Assembly (NCBI GenBank): GCA_900088475.1 | Contig: FLMG01001143.1 | Location: 1 to 64,000 of the forward strand | DNA length: 64,000 nucleotides | From: Hyphochytrium catenoides | Lineage: Eukaryota; Protista; Hyphochytriomycota | Direction of reading: 5' to 3' | Shown: in pieces, positions 63,317 through 64,000 of the stretch | How the letters are laid out: each line of letters opens with the position of its first letter | How positions within the stretch are numbered: position 1 is the first letter of the stretch | Position numbers and translations under genes: made by a program | The notes under the pieces: model-generated | Database searches by the model: none | What the model was told of the DNA's origin: nothing | What the model saw: only the letters and a program-made list of their open reading frames with translations

Positions 63317-64000
63317 ATGCTGGCGGGCCTCTTCAATAGTCTCGGGTTCAGCAAGGAAGCGGAGGAGCAGGAGAATCGCCGTTCCTCCATAGCGGAAGAT
63401 GGAGAGGATGCTAGACCCCGGTCGACTACCTCTTCCATCGAAGGCAGTGACTGGTCGTCTTTCGGTGCTCAGCTTCGCCGCCGTCGCGGAACGAGCATAG
63501 CGCATTCAGAGATGGCCAAGTTGGAATCGGAAAGAAGAAGAGACGAAGAAGAGACGGCCCAGCGTACCCTGGAGCTAAAGATAGAAACGCGCCTGGTTGA
63601 CGAGACTCGAAAGGAGATCAATGACCGCGCTCAGCAATTGAAGACGGTTTCGACTCTCTCTGCCCTTCTTGCAGGATTTACGACGACGAACATGGTAGAG
63701 ATTAGCTTTCCAGAAGACCTATCAACCTGGATGTACCTTCTTTTCGGCGTAACTGCTGCCGTAGGGGTAAGTGAGCACTATCAGGAGGGAAATAGAGGCT
63801 GCGACCAGGACAGCGACATTGATCAGAATGGTTTGAGACGATATCCGTGGCAGAAGAGGTTTCGGACAAACAGTTGGATCAGTACAGACGGTAGATGGAA
63901 AGTATGATGCCTCTAGGAGCAGGTGGAAGCAAAGACTTAAGGCTAATGAGCTTCTTGTCCAGATGAGCCTGCTGGTGCTAGCGATGGTCAAGAGTTCCCT
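63317..64000 (+). CDS. Orai-family (CRAC) calcium channel subunit, paralogue B, 3'-partial
   Basis: RAQQLKTVSTLSALLAGFTTTNMVEISF...LLFGVTAAVG, then intron 63767-63962, then MSLLVLAMVKSS. The intron position matches paralogue A. Confidence 0.82.

Noticed and set aside
1-64000. tRNA/rRNA genes, CRISPR arrays, transposase or reverse-transcriptase ORFs
   Set aside because: None recognised in the sequence or the ORF track.

Overview
Eukaryotic, gene-dense DNA with short (mostly ~60-80 nt) GT-AG introns, often with CTAAC/CTAAT branch points. The gene content suggests a flagellated protist, possibly a stramenopile (inference only). There are three N-gaps (4625-4675, 13201-13257, 30201-30272). The first ~27.8 kb is one giant minus-strand gene (>9,000 aa in the window, running off the left edge). 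It encodes a signal peptide, two PSI-type Cys-rich domains and thousands of residues of ~15-aa Gly/Ser repeats. An INTERNAL, apparently catalytically intact Peptidase-S74/MYRF-type self-cleaving chaperone domain sits in the middle, and the C-terminal part has an exact 438-aa (1314-nt) super-repeat. The rest holds a GMPPA-like gene, Raptor, a large Clu + LamG + LRR gene, a PYG-motif putative ciliary inner protein, a DA2/GW2/Sip5-type RING protein, a DNL zinc-finger chaperone, and an ALDH22-type dehydrogenase. That dehydrogenase lies between two Orai paralogues with different pore substitutions: an E106Q-equivalent in one and a V102T-equivalent in the other. Exon boundaries were read by eye and are approximate where stated.
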